DNA of 64,000 nucleotides from Rotaria socialis (Eukaryota): NCBI GenBank assembly GCA_905331295.1, contig CAJNYD010000015.1, positions 124,001 to 188,000 of the forward strand, read 5' to 3'. Shown piece by piece: positions 25,800 to 37,748 of this stretch (position 1 is its first letter; each line of letters starts with the position of its first letter). The notes under the pieces were generated by a model. It saw only the letters and a program-made list of their open reading frames with translations, ran no database searches and was not told where the DNA came from. The position numbers and the translations under genes were made by a program.

Positions 25800-28700
25800 T
25801 TAAGATGATGGATTATTAGATGTCAACGGCAATTGTAAACGGGTTATTAACTCGAGTATTGATAGATATAATGAACATTCATCTAGAACAAAAGGATTTA
25901 TTAAATAAAATGAATGTTAGCTTAAAAAAATAAAGATCTATACTTTTATTCATTGTTTCTTTTGATAGATTCAAAATTCTTGCTATTGCTTGATATTTAA
26001 CTTCTTTTCCCATAAATAATTGTTTCATTGATCCATCCCATAGATTTGTTTGATTATTGTTCACATCGTGTATTAACGGAACAATAAATGGTGATGTAGT
26101 GTTGATATTAGCTTGACAATCATTTTGATTTATTCGAGGCATAAATTGAAACTAAAACATGTTCAAAAAGAAATTTTTATCAAAATACAAACGAAAACAA
26201 TTATACCATAAAAATAAACGATGATCGACTAGATATATAATAGATTCCTGATTGACCCACTTGAGAAAATCCGTTGCCCTGTGGCATTGTTAAGCACCAA
26301 CGTGCTTGCCATAAATGATGACTCTCAGGATTCTAAATTATAAACAAAATATCTATGCATAAAATCGTTAAGTAATCAAAATGTGAATGACGATATAGCT
26401 GCTAGTACTAATCACAAGTAGATCAATCTATGCTGAGATAGATTTTGTTAACATCATTTGAATTAATGCTCCAAAACTTCAATAAACAAATAGTTTATAT
26501 ATTAGATAGAGACGCCATTTCTATACATTATGCGATCTTCATATAAGGTAGTTTTGAGTAAAATATGACTTTTCGATTAACTTATGGAAAAACAAAGTAA
26601 ACAACTAAGATAGTTCATAATCAAAATCATTATTTTCTCGTAAGTTAGATCAACTAATCGAAATTTCTATAATCGTTAAGAAGTTTGTTTAATTAAATTG
26701 AACTAATATTAGCATTTGAAAATACCTGTTCGAGTCTTATGATTTTCACTAGATCTTTCAGTATTCGAGGCTGAACAAGAGAGAGCATTCGTTGAAATGA
26801 ACCCATAGCTGTATTGAGATTCTGAGATGCTTGTAAAGACAATATATCGATTGGTGGCATCGTTAAATTTGTCAATGGTAATAATGGAAAAAATGTTTCA
26901 TTGAAAAATATTTCCATTATTTGAAGTTCTTCGGGTGACCAGAAAGTATTCGATTGTTGTTGTGATGTTGAATCAAATAAAGATGTAAAATACATTCGAT
27001 ATATTGCCGTAGGTATATCAAATATGAATGATAATTGAAGAGATAAATGTTCTAATCGATATGTATCTTGTTCAGTTGGTACAGCACGAACCTGAAATTT
27101 GATTTTGATGAAATGGAAAGTTGGGTTATTTTATTCTTACAGTTGGATTATTCGCGTCAGCAGGTTCGGTAACACCTTTAGCAAATTGTCTTACAAGAAC
27201 CGATGAAGCAAGAAATGATTCAAATTTCGACCATTGATGCTCATCAGATGTAAAAAGCATTTGAAAAAATGTTTGTTGAGTCATATATACAGGATAATTA
27301 GCTTTAGTTAATAATTCACGATTGTAACTATACAGTACTGACAATGGTTGATTATCTATAGAAAGAAAAAAAGAAACCAATACAACTTTTTCTATGGAGC
27401 TTAAGAGAAATATTAAATCTAACCAGTTTGATCTGATTTAACATTGGTAGACTTTGATGTTGAAGTAATGGGCAATGCATCTCGAAATATCACATCTAGA
27501 AAAATTGTTATTTTGTACAGTAATTAGACGTTATATTATTTTGGAAAGTAAATTATTCTACCATAGATATCAATATGTGATGAAACAGGCGATTGTGCTG
27601 TTGTATCCATCGATGAATTCTGTGATGTTGAGTCATTTGCTGTGTTCAATGTTTGATTTGTTATCTGACTTGAACTTGGTGGTGGAGGTAGTAGTGGTGC
27701 TTGCTGAATTGGAGAAAGAAAATCTTGCATATGAAAACAACCTGTTATATCAGAAAATTCAAATGTTAAACCATGATCATCGGCATATAAAGATAAAAAT
27801 TCCTATAAGAAACCAAAATATATTTCCATTGTTATATTGTGAATAAAATTTCACTTTAAGTCTTGGTATTGGTGCAAGTTCAACTAATGAATTATTCAAT
27901 TGTACACTGAATGAACCATCACGAACTAGTATTAAATTGGGTCCACATATTTGAATATCAACTGCAAACATTTGACCAAATATAAGACGCCAACGAGATT
28001 CAGTATATGGAATAAATGTAAGAATCGATTGGGCACAACCACCCTGTAAAGAGAATAAATCAATGTATAAAAATTGATGTATTTCTAAAACTACATAGAA
28101 GTTCGATGTAAAAGATTTAGTGAGATAGTCGCCATAGTGATAATGAAGAGAAACAATATGATGAATGATATCCTACGAATTTCTCATATATCTATATTAT
28201 TTTCTGGTAAATGTGTTTAATCAAACTAATAGTTGGCATTATTTAAAAATATGTAATTCACATATCAGTCGACGACATCATTTTGAAATGATTTAAACTT
28301 AGTGAGAACAATAATATTAATAGACCTGTCTTATTCCGTAGCGAATCAGAATAGATATTAAAGGCGGTTATATAATTGTACGTTGAGAATGGCATTTCTA
28401 GGAAATCAATAAGTTGTAAAATGTTGCCATAAAATCGTAGATAAAATATGTCTAAACATTTCAGCTGATTTAAAAATTCAATAAAGTGAATTCATATTCA
28501 TTGAGAACTCTTATATTAACAAAAATTCTAATATCAATTTTTTTATTCTATTCATTGCTAACTCAACCCTTAATATAATATGTCTATCAACTAAATAAAT
28601 TGAAAAGACAACAGATATCAAGTAAAAATATTAGAACTATATGGCTATTCTATTCGTATTGCAAATACTATAATGATAAGAAAAATGTTTAAACTGGTAA

Positions 28701-31700
28701 CTAACATGATTAACATAAATAATAGGTCGGCTGAAACAATTTAATCGAGCAATTGAAGATAATGGAATTGATATCATGTGTAACAACTGTAAGAGATCAA
28801 ACAAAAATTAAGAATCATAGTAACTGTATTAAAGTTAATTTGATAAGAAAAAAGTTTTTCTTATACCCGAATTAATTGTTTTAATGAACGTGTTTGATTT
28901 AAAAACAATATTAGTTTTCTACTCAATATATGATTATATGTTGGTAAAAATGCATTATTTATTGTTATAAAACGTAAATCAAATGTTCCTTCTGATTGTG
29001 AAATCAATTCTTGTTGTATTTGACTGTTATTATATGACAATGTTACCTTTAAATTAAAAAATGAATAGTACTATCATTAACTGAAAATATTTCCTATACG
29101 AACATCATAGGTAAAATTTGGTCCATAATGAATTGTACATTGAAAAAAATTAAATGAAATCAATTTAGATATTGCATGAAGATCCGTTAATTCTAGAAAA
29201 ATAGAGTAGAAAAATAAAGATATTTTATATTTTAACTAACCTAATAATGATAGCGAATAATTTTCAAATAAATGTGTTAATTCAAATGCACCACGAAGTT
29301 TAAGGTGTACGAAATCGACTATTTTTAACGTAGTGGCTGATAATGATGACTGCTTATAAACAGCAACAGAGTTAAATGGAGCTAGATGTAGAAAAATAAA
29401 ATAAAATGATTTATAATTTGAAAATTTACTTTTAATAAAAGCATTATGAAAGTAGTTCGTATTGAAAAAATTCAGCTATAATAAAAATAAACATCAACGT
29501 ATCAATAAATGGTTTTGTTTTATTTGAATTTTACATCAAGAGTCCATTGTCGTCTAACAGATTTATGTTCACGATCTATATCACGTAAAGTATAAGCTAA
29601 TCGAATAGTACAGGATTGAATGCGAGGCCAAAAATATTCATTAACATAATTGACAATTTCAGTGTTGGATGAAAATGATGCGTCATCGGTTGATATTCTA
29701 TTCGGAACACAATATCACTCAAATCAACAATCGTTTTGTATTTAAGCTTACCGAACGATATCGAGATAAGGTATGCCGGTCCATGGACAATAGAGAATAT
29801 TTTTACAAAGTGTCTTTTTTTGCTGAAACTAAATTAGAGAAAATATTCATCGTATTTCTTATTTTAATCGTTTTTAAAATAATAATCAAAAGTATATCGA
29901 TAAATATGATCAAAGTAAAATTTCACAATTGTCTAACTGAATTAAAAACAGTGCAGTACCTAGTATATAACTGCTGTCCACACAATCTAGTCCTATTTCA
30001 TTGTCACTTCAAATTTGTTTTGTGATGAATGGAATATTTCATACATTAACTAGATATATGTATTGTTCTGAATTATTTCTATTTTTTATCTAGACAATAA
30101 TCTTATTCTTAACGCAATTAGGGAGGAGATAATGATTGAGATGCAGCTTATTCAGAACTCTTAGGACAGAGCGGCTTATGACAGAGGTAGTAAATCTTAG
30201 AATTACAATTTAAACAGAAATAGTTTTGATAATCAGGAGTTCTGACAAATTTATTATGATCAATGTCAATGTTAGTAATACTTTACTATACGAGAGATAA
30301 ATCTGATAAGCATATCATAGATTTTTTGCCTGAGAATATTCTGATTCTTCAAAATATAAGAATCTATTCAAAGTAAAATTCATTACTTAGTAAAATTAGT
30401 CAACGCCTGTTTTCTGCTGTGTGAATCATTAAAATAATCTATCACAGACAATCTGAACTAAAATTATTGAAAATTCATGAAATGTATGAGTATTCACAAT
30501 AAGCAAACCTTTAATCAATAGGTTTTTAAATGATTAATATCAGTTCAAATTCAAGATTACATTTCTTTTATTATTCAACTATAATCCACTTTGGATTATT
30601 AAAATGTCTTAAGAAATATTTACTTACATTTTCTTTCAGAAATATAAATGACAGCATTTCATCATAATAATTAACAAATTTTAATAGCGATTTCAGTGAT
30701 AATATTGATATCTAAATATTTGAATTAAATAAAAATAGCGAATTTTATTGTTTATGTTTATTTTTAAATTTCTTTACCGATTTTGCTTGTACGATACCGT
30801 TATCGTCTATAGTTGTTTTATCATATTGAAATTTATTTTTAAACTAAGAAGAATTAAAAATACTTTCGTTGATATTAAATAGAAATTTCATTGATACAAA
30901 CTTCAAATAATTCTTTTCTTAAAAATGTTGTTGGATCCAATGGATATAAGACAAGTGGTTCTAATGTCCATTTTACATACTCTTCATTCGTTGTTGTTGT
31001 TGTTGGTGGGGTTGTCGTCGGTTGATTCGATGTGTCCTGTTGTTGAAGAACAACTGATTCATGCGTAGAGGAACGTTTTTCAACAATTAGTAAATAGTAT
31101 TGAATTAATAATTGATTCACATCAGATACATGAACAAGCTTTTAATGAAATTTTTGACAAAATAATCCATTTAAAAAAGTATCGATTATTCTAACTTACG
31201 ATATAAAATCCTTCATTATGAATTAATTCAATAAAAATGCTATTGCTGATAAACGGGGTTGTTAATTCATTTTTTAGATTTAATGATGGTATACGTGTAT
31301 AAATATTACAATTGATATGAGCTAAAAGTGACGGAACACGTTGTTGAATTAACCAAAGTCTATAATTTATTAAGAGTAAGTAACAAATAAGTAAATACTA
31401 AGAGAAAAAAAGAATTTTCATGCTTGAATAGATTAATAGTATCGATTAAATTTGTTTGATCACGATTAAGTGCATTTTCAATTTGTTGTGAATAACAAGT
31501 TTCTATAAGAATAATAACTTGTTGATATGATAAAAGATTAATCTAAGATTTACCCATATAGGAGACAACTTTGAAAAAACCCGAAAATGGATTAATTGAT
31601 ATGAATAAAATTTCTTCTGTTGTACTTTCAGGTAATAATTCACATTTTAATGCTGGAATTGATGAATCAATTTCAACTAAATAATACAATTTATTTAGTT

Positions 31701-34431
31701 ATACATAAAAATTTGTGAGTAAAACTACTGTTGGCTTTAGTTGTTGATAAAATTGTTTCTTTTAATTCCTGAATAAAAATATTTAGATGACAATACGAGA
31801 TAAAAAAGAAAGATTAACTAACTTCAAATCGACGTTGACAACGTGCAAAAATTGTTCGATTTAAAATTTCTTCCATGGTAAATATGGGCTTCTAAAAAAA
31901 ACACGAAAATATTTAATATGTATTTCAGATTAATTGTTTTGGGTTCAAAACTGATGATAAGATATAAAATGTTCCATCTTGATAGTATATTCTAACTTAG
32001 TTTGAAGAAAATAGTATTTTTGATTCAAAATAAAATTAATGTTTCAAAGAATAGAGTCAGTACGAGCGTTAAGATAAAATTTGCATATTTCGACTATTTA
32101 TTTCCATTCTACTTCATTGTTCTTTTATGGATCGTTTCTTACAAAAAATTTAACACATGTATGTCGAATTGTCCACATTCGATGATTGTATCAGTCTTCT
32201 GTCAATATCTTCTTGTACTTCAAAATGCACGCAATTTTACAGAGAAATTAGTTTTCGTTTGATAAAATATTCTATTTCTAATTAGATACAACAAGATAAT
32301 GTGATTCTCGAACTCTATTCTCAAAATTCAACTGATAACGTTGAATATGTGCATCCATTGAACACCTAGAAATTGGGTAAGAAAAATCAAGTATTTCCCC
32401 CTTGAGTATTTCATATGAACTTTTGATTCAATGCATACTAATTTCTTGCTCAGATAAAATAAAAAACAAGCCGAAAGAATTTAATGTTTCTTTGGCTTCT
32501 ATGGTTTATCTATCATTTCTAAGTTGATAGTAGTTGTTGTAAAATATTTTACAAACGAAGATTTATATTTACATTAGCTCGTATTTTGTTTTGAGAAACT
32601 TTAAATTCTAGCAAACTCATGGACCAATACAATGCAAACATTTTTTTCTTTTTCTTTTTCACTACTCAAAGATTATCATTGAATGAAGTCTAGAAAATAG
32701 TTAACTTTCTCCTCCGGAGTTATCTATCGATCACAATAAATATATATAAACCAAGAATAACACTTACTTCTAAAATCTTTGAAACGGCAATAGTATCATC
32801 AATAGGCAAAGGTGGCCAATGTTGAATTTGAAATTTTCCATCATTATCACAGAGAATTGTCATACCAATATCTGTAATATAAATTGCTACATATAGAATA
32901 ACATGATGCTATTTTTTAACATACCTATATTTTTTCCATTGAGAATCGTTTTTTTTTGTTGATTATTATTACTATTGTTAGCATAATAATCTTTCCAATA
33001 TTCAACATTAAAACTTTTACATGCACTATAACCAGATATAAGTAAGTCTTTTTGTTTAGCACCTTGATTACGTATTCGATGAGCCTTAAAGAAGTGAAAA
33101 TTTATTTACAATCAAGCGATCATTTTTAATATTTACTTGTTCAAATAGAACTTGTAATCGTAAGGATTGACAATAATAATCTAATTAAGAAAATCAAAAA
33201 TAAATTACATCGAAAACCTAGAAAGAAAAACAAACGAAGAGATTCATACGCAAATATTGATAAAGGTCAAATAGCGGTTTTTCTGATTCATTAAGCCAGC
33301 TTTGAATAAAATTTGTTAATACGTATATCTAGATATATATTTATTTTAAAACTGTTTAATATGCCAACACATAAACTTACTTGCGACGGATGAACAAGAT
33401 CTTGCTCTGCAAAAAAAAACGAAAGAAATATTTCATGATTATCTCAGTAATATTCTTCAAATTGTGAATCAAAATCTGTACCTGGTTCTTCTGGATCTTG
33501 TACAAATAATTTTGTTTGATAAAGACGCCATGAAGATGATAAATTATCATTTGTTATACCTAATTTAACTTCAAATTCGCCATGAACTGTCAATATTACT
33601 AGTCCATTTTCTATAAAAACAATCAATTATCTCATAGACAAATATATTGTTTCATCGACATACTAATTGTTACAGTACTAAATTGAATAGGCAATTCCGA
33701 AGTCGATATTCTTGCTGTGAGAATTTGTTGAAGACGTGGTAGAATCTGTTGACGTTCACTTTCAGTAGCTGACGTAAAATTAGTTGCTGCTTCTGCAATT
33801 CTCTTAGGTAAAAAATTCACGGAACCAAGTGTGAGTGCATCGATTGCGTCTGTGACTGGGAAATTCGGTACGCGAGCTTCAAGAAGTTTTTCACGTGCAA
33901 GTTGAGCTAATGAGTCTGACGTTTCTCGGATTAATCGAGCACGAATTTCTAGCAAAGCTTGTATACCCTGAAGAAAAGAAAGCAAGATATGTTTTATTTG
34001 ACTTTTGTTGAACATATATTAACCTCGCATGCAGTCACTTTTCCTGTTGTTGCTGCCCATTTAACTACAGCTAAAATTCGTATAAATAATTGTCTAGCAC
34101 GGCAAGCAAATATAACTAATTCTATTTTTCTGATTAAAAAAAAAGAATTGATCAATAAGTCATCATTTTGTTTTTGAAAAAGTTGGCTCGTACCTTTCTG
34201 GATTCGATTTACTGTGCAAACTAAATAAAAATAGGAAAATTAGATATATATTTATATAAGTATATATATAAATCAGAAATATTATTAATGATATACATAC
34301 ACATCTGCCATCGTGTATAATTCATGATAAGTTTTTTGTACAGCAGCTTCGAGTAAATAGGACAAAGGGATTTTATCATATATTGGCACAACCAGAGCAT
34401 TACTATTTCCAACTGAAGCATCAGCCGACAT
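25800..34431 (-). CDS. MED14: Mediator subunit 14, many exons, several unusually long introns
   Basis: IPLSYLLEAAVQKTYHELYTMAD, RKIELVIFACRARQLFIRILAVVKWA, ARVPNFPVTDAIDALTLG, IENGLVILTVHGEFEVKL, C-terminal WHARWCLTMP and ECSLYLSILELITRLQLP; ATG at 34431, stop at 25802-25800. Confidence 0.93.
26379..26558 (-). ncRNA. Candidate two-hairpin ACA RNA (H/ACA-like) in a long MED14 intron
   Basis: 5' stem ctcaaaact/agttttggag, 3' stem aatgatg/cgtcatt, then ACA plus 3 nt; hinge cattaattc is not a canonical H box. Confidence 0.35.
30061..30245 (-). ncRNA. Candidate two-hairpin ACA RNA (H/ACA-like) in a long MED14 intron
   Basis: Perfect 9-bp 5' stem tcagaactc/gagttctga, 3' hairpin ctg..ttatct/agataa..cag, then ACA plus 3 nt; hinge aataag is a degenerate H box. 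Confidence 0.35.
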
Positions 34432-35064
34432 CTTAAAACTAGTTTACAGGTTATTATTTAAATGCTTTTTTCTTTTGAATTTCAACTATATTCAGAAAGA
34501 AATCAATTTAATTCGGATCGGATTATTTTCTATTGGTTCATATAGAAGACGAATGACAATATTTACATATGCATCGTCTTTATAGTTTAGATTGAGAATG
34601 ACTGACATCTAGTTTAGCAAGTACATAATTATGAACCGTGGATGTGGGTTTGGAACAGTTGAAGAGCCCGCCCACAATTGACAGCAGGAATAAAAAAGAT
34701 TTTGTTGTTTTGACTGTTTCAACAAAATATCATCACGTTATGCCATGATTCAGATAGTAGTGAAGGCGAAATACGTCCCACGTCGTCGATAACGGTTGAA
34801 TAACGGCGTTATTGCGCCGCTATTGCGATCGCGATATAACGACGTTATGAGCTAATATTGCGCGTTATAGCATAACATTTGTTATGACTACTGGTACTAT
34901 TGCATGGTTACCCTTACGATACATCTTAGTAGTTCATATTTATTTAAAGGTTGGTGCATTGAAAACTTTTATGATTATGTTTTCTAAATTTTATTTGACC
35001 ATAAAAATGACACCCAAAACATAATTTTTTTTATCACATAAAGCAAACACACAAATAGAGAAAA

Positions 35065-35486
35065 CTATTTGCTATTTATCATGCTTTTGATTTTTGAAAC
35101 AGCCACTCTTCTTTTTGCGAAAAAATCTCCACGAAGCCTTTCACTGAACAACCGATCAAGTTGTTCATCATTCAGCTTGAATTTAATTCGAACAGCGTCT
35201 GAAAATAAAATTAATACCTTGAATCAGTTGATACTTATAATCATCATAAGTGTCGGCTGGTTGCAGTGCAACCAATTGTTCCACGGTGTACATAATTTGA
35301 ATTAATTGAGTGACATAAATTCGTCTTTTCTCTTCGTTCCTGGTATCTTGATTAAATCTATTCCAGATTCATCTTTATTTTTTTTAAATATCTAAAATAA
35401 AATGTACAGTTAAAAACACAAGCTAAGTTCAACTGTTGTTTTGCGTACCTCATCATTCAACAATGATTTCGATAAGGATGTTTCTG
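35065..35486 (-). pseudogene. 5'-truncated, frameshifted fragment of a small helical (possibly BEN-like) gene
   Basis: Three spliced exons: SETSLSKSLLNDE / IFKKNKDESGIDLIKIPGT-(frameshift)-YVTQLIQIMYTVEQLVALQPADTYDDYKYQLIQ / DAVRIKFKLNDEQLDRLFSERLRGDFFAKRRVAVSKIKSMINSK*; domain call is tentative. Confidence 0.5.
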
Positions 35487-35530
35487 AGGGTGTGGGTGTA
35501 TGTATGAGTAGAACATTAACACCCACACCT
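35487..35530. repeat. Hairpin with telomere-type GGGTGT/ACACCC arms
   Basis: agggtgtgggtgt-atgtatgagtagaacatta-acacccacacct. Confidence 0.85.
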
Positions 35531-35937
35531 TCCGATGATCTGCGTTGCTGCAGTGAAAACCACAGATTATGGTAGCTGTCCTCGTCCCTTACCGCCACCA
35601 CAGTCTCAGGTTGCACAACCTGATTTAATAGTGAAGGGCGATTTTTGCGCGTTTTCGTAATTTTTTTTAAATTCGAAACTGAAGACTTTTTGTCGATCAT
35701 AATACATATTCTTGTAGCTGAGGCATGGAGCTATCCAACGGTGCGAAGTGACCCTGCAGCAATCCTGAGATGGGGCCCTTCACAAAACAGCGAGAAAAAC
35801 AAAAGAGTTATCGATGGCTTTGTTCTTTCTTTCAACATATATAAGAGAGATAAGAAAGCGAAATATGTCACACATACTCAGTTATAAAAAAAAGAAGGCT
35901 TCTCCTTTGATATTACGCAATAAAAATAAAATAAATT

Positions 35938-37035
35938 ATGGCACAGTCTTGTGTACCCTGCTATAAACTTCCACGTAATTTTCAATGGTACTGGAAATCA
36001 TCGGATGAGAAGTGGTAAGAATATTTGCATGTTGAAAATGAAATTATTGAAGATGCGCACATTGAGAGACAGGAGTATGTCGACATTGTTGGTGGTTATA
36101 AAATTGATTTGAAACAACAGATTCAACAGAAAAGCAACTCACATGAGCGATGGCCAATAAAACGCTATCAATTTGATAAACATCTTACAAATGTACAACT
36201 GAGAGAAGATAGATTTTCACCTCCGGTAACAATTTCTACTCCAGCAACAATAGCGACAACGTGCTCCGACAAAGAGATACTAGGAGCAGATGATTCACTG
36301 AAATATTGGCTGAACGAAGGTTCGCTTGATGATATTTATCGAGACCTTGAAAATGCTGATAATAAGAAAACAATTAATGGCCTAATCCAAGAGGCTTCGA
36401 ATGGAATAATTGAAGAAGGAATTTTAATTGGAGAAGCAGAAAAAGCGCGATGGTTAGCACGACAACTAAATAACGTGAAAAATTATGGTGAAAATATACA
36501 ATTTGGTACCAATAAAGTTCCATCGGAAATTGGTAAGACTCTGATTAATCTCTTTACGCGAGAACCATTTTTTTACGTTCATATATAAATGTCCAAAGTG
36601 ATAATCCATTTCCTTCGATTGTATATCGTGGTCTCACTCTAACCGACGAAGAACGAAAACATTTTATGAAGAAGGAGATACGATTTACCGCATTTACATC
36701 GACAAGTAAAAAATCGAACATTAGCGGAATGGTATGGAAATACTTTACTTATTATCGATCTCAACGTAAATAATAGGCGCCATGGCAGAGTAATTAACAT
36801 TGGATGCGATATTTCAAAAATGTCTCACTTTCCGGAAGAAGAAGAATACTTGATTACTCCCAGGAGCATATTCAATTTTGAAAAGTATGAGTACGATGAA
36901 TCGAAAGATCTACAGAGACATATTATATATCTTAAAGGATCAAGCGAAAATAATTTACAAGTCTCTCTAGTCAACCTAGGTCGCCGGACTGTTCGACCTG
37001 GGGACATTGATCGTTTGATGGGAAAACATGAGTGA
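35938..37035 (+). pseudogene. Disrupted, intronless R-S-E-type mono-ADP-ribosyltransferase with a WWE-like N-terminus
   Basis: QWYWKS..KW*EY..VENEIIEDAH (WWE-like; in-frame TAA at 36016-36018), then VYRG, FTSTS and FPEEEEYL motifs; frame break/deletion near 36590 and a 1-nt frameshift near 36710. Confidence 0.85.
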
Positions 37036-37044
37036 ATATTAATT

Positions 37045-37212
37045 GAAAACAGACTGACCTATCTATCGTGAGGAAAAGACAAATACAATCTGCTTGTACT
37101 CTACGTTTGCTTTTCAGCAATCGATTATTTTTTCAAGATTTAGATGAACAATAAAATGATAATTAATTGTATCATGTGCCAAAAGAATAATTTTAAGAAA
37201 TACAGATTTTAA
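37045..37212. repeat. Direct repeat, copy 1 (168 bp; ART 3'UTR including AATAAA)
   Basis: Matches 40278-40453 except for about 3 substitutions and an 8-bp insertion in copy 2. Confidence 0.97.
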
Positions 37213-37216
37213 CTTT

Positions 37217-37266
37217 GCCAACGCGTTTCATGTTTTTTATTCAAAAGTTTAAACATTCATCAGGGC
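37217..37266 (-). ncRNA. Minimal type I hammerhead ribozyme of PLE type at the element's 3' end
   Basis: Minus strand gcc-CTGATGA-atgttt...aaacat-GAAA-CGCGTT-ggc: stem I gcc/ggc, stem II atgttt/aaacat, palindromic ACGCGT stem III, cleavage triplet GUU. Confidence 0.85.
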
Positions 37267-37354
37267 TCTGCATTACATTCTTAGGCATACATTAAAAAAT
37301 CAAGAGATGAGTAACTGGCAGTCATAATTAAACAGTATGACAGTTTTTAAACTA

Positions 37355-37748
37355 CCCAGGTCGAACAGTACGGTCCGTATACGGCCATTGACGGTTACTT
37401 TACGACTATTTTACGGGCGAAATTTTACCGTAATATCTGGCGCAGTAACACGGACCGTATTATCATGAGAGTACGGAGCACAAACAGCCGTAAACCATGA
37501 AAATTCAGTCCCGTTTACGGTGCCGTATTACTGCGCCAGGTATTACGGGCAAATACGGCCTATTTACTTNGAGAGTACGGAGCACAAACAGCCGTAAACC
37601 ATGAAAATTCAGTCCCGTTTACGGTGCCGTATTACTGCGCCAGGTATTACGGGCAAATACGGCCTATTTACTGCCGTAAAGATACCGTTTTGATATCGTT
37701 TACCGTCGGCAAGCAGACCGTAAACGAGTCCGTTTTGATGAACCTGGG
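37355..37748. mobile_element. MITE inserted in the Athena 3' UTR (contains an assembly N at 37570)
   Basis: TIRs cccaggt/acctggg flanked by TA on both sides; internal tacgg/ccgta motifs repeated in inverted orientation. Confidence 0.85.

Noticed and set aside
27475..27846. Antisense or alternate-frame ORFs (also 3914-4102, 11071-11256, 20230-20436, 61566-61943)
   Set aside because: Shadows of real exons with no independent motifs.
28326..28451. Extra MED14 exon (AG...GT, 126 nt)
   Set aside because: The flanking exons join in phase 0 without it, and in that phase it contains a stop; no support for a poison exon from sequence alone.
37467..37672. ~102-bp exact tandem duplication inside the MITE
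   Set aside because: The two copies are separated by the single N at 37570, which is typical of an unmerged contig overlap.
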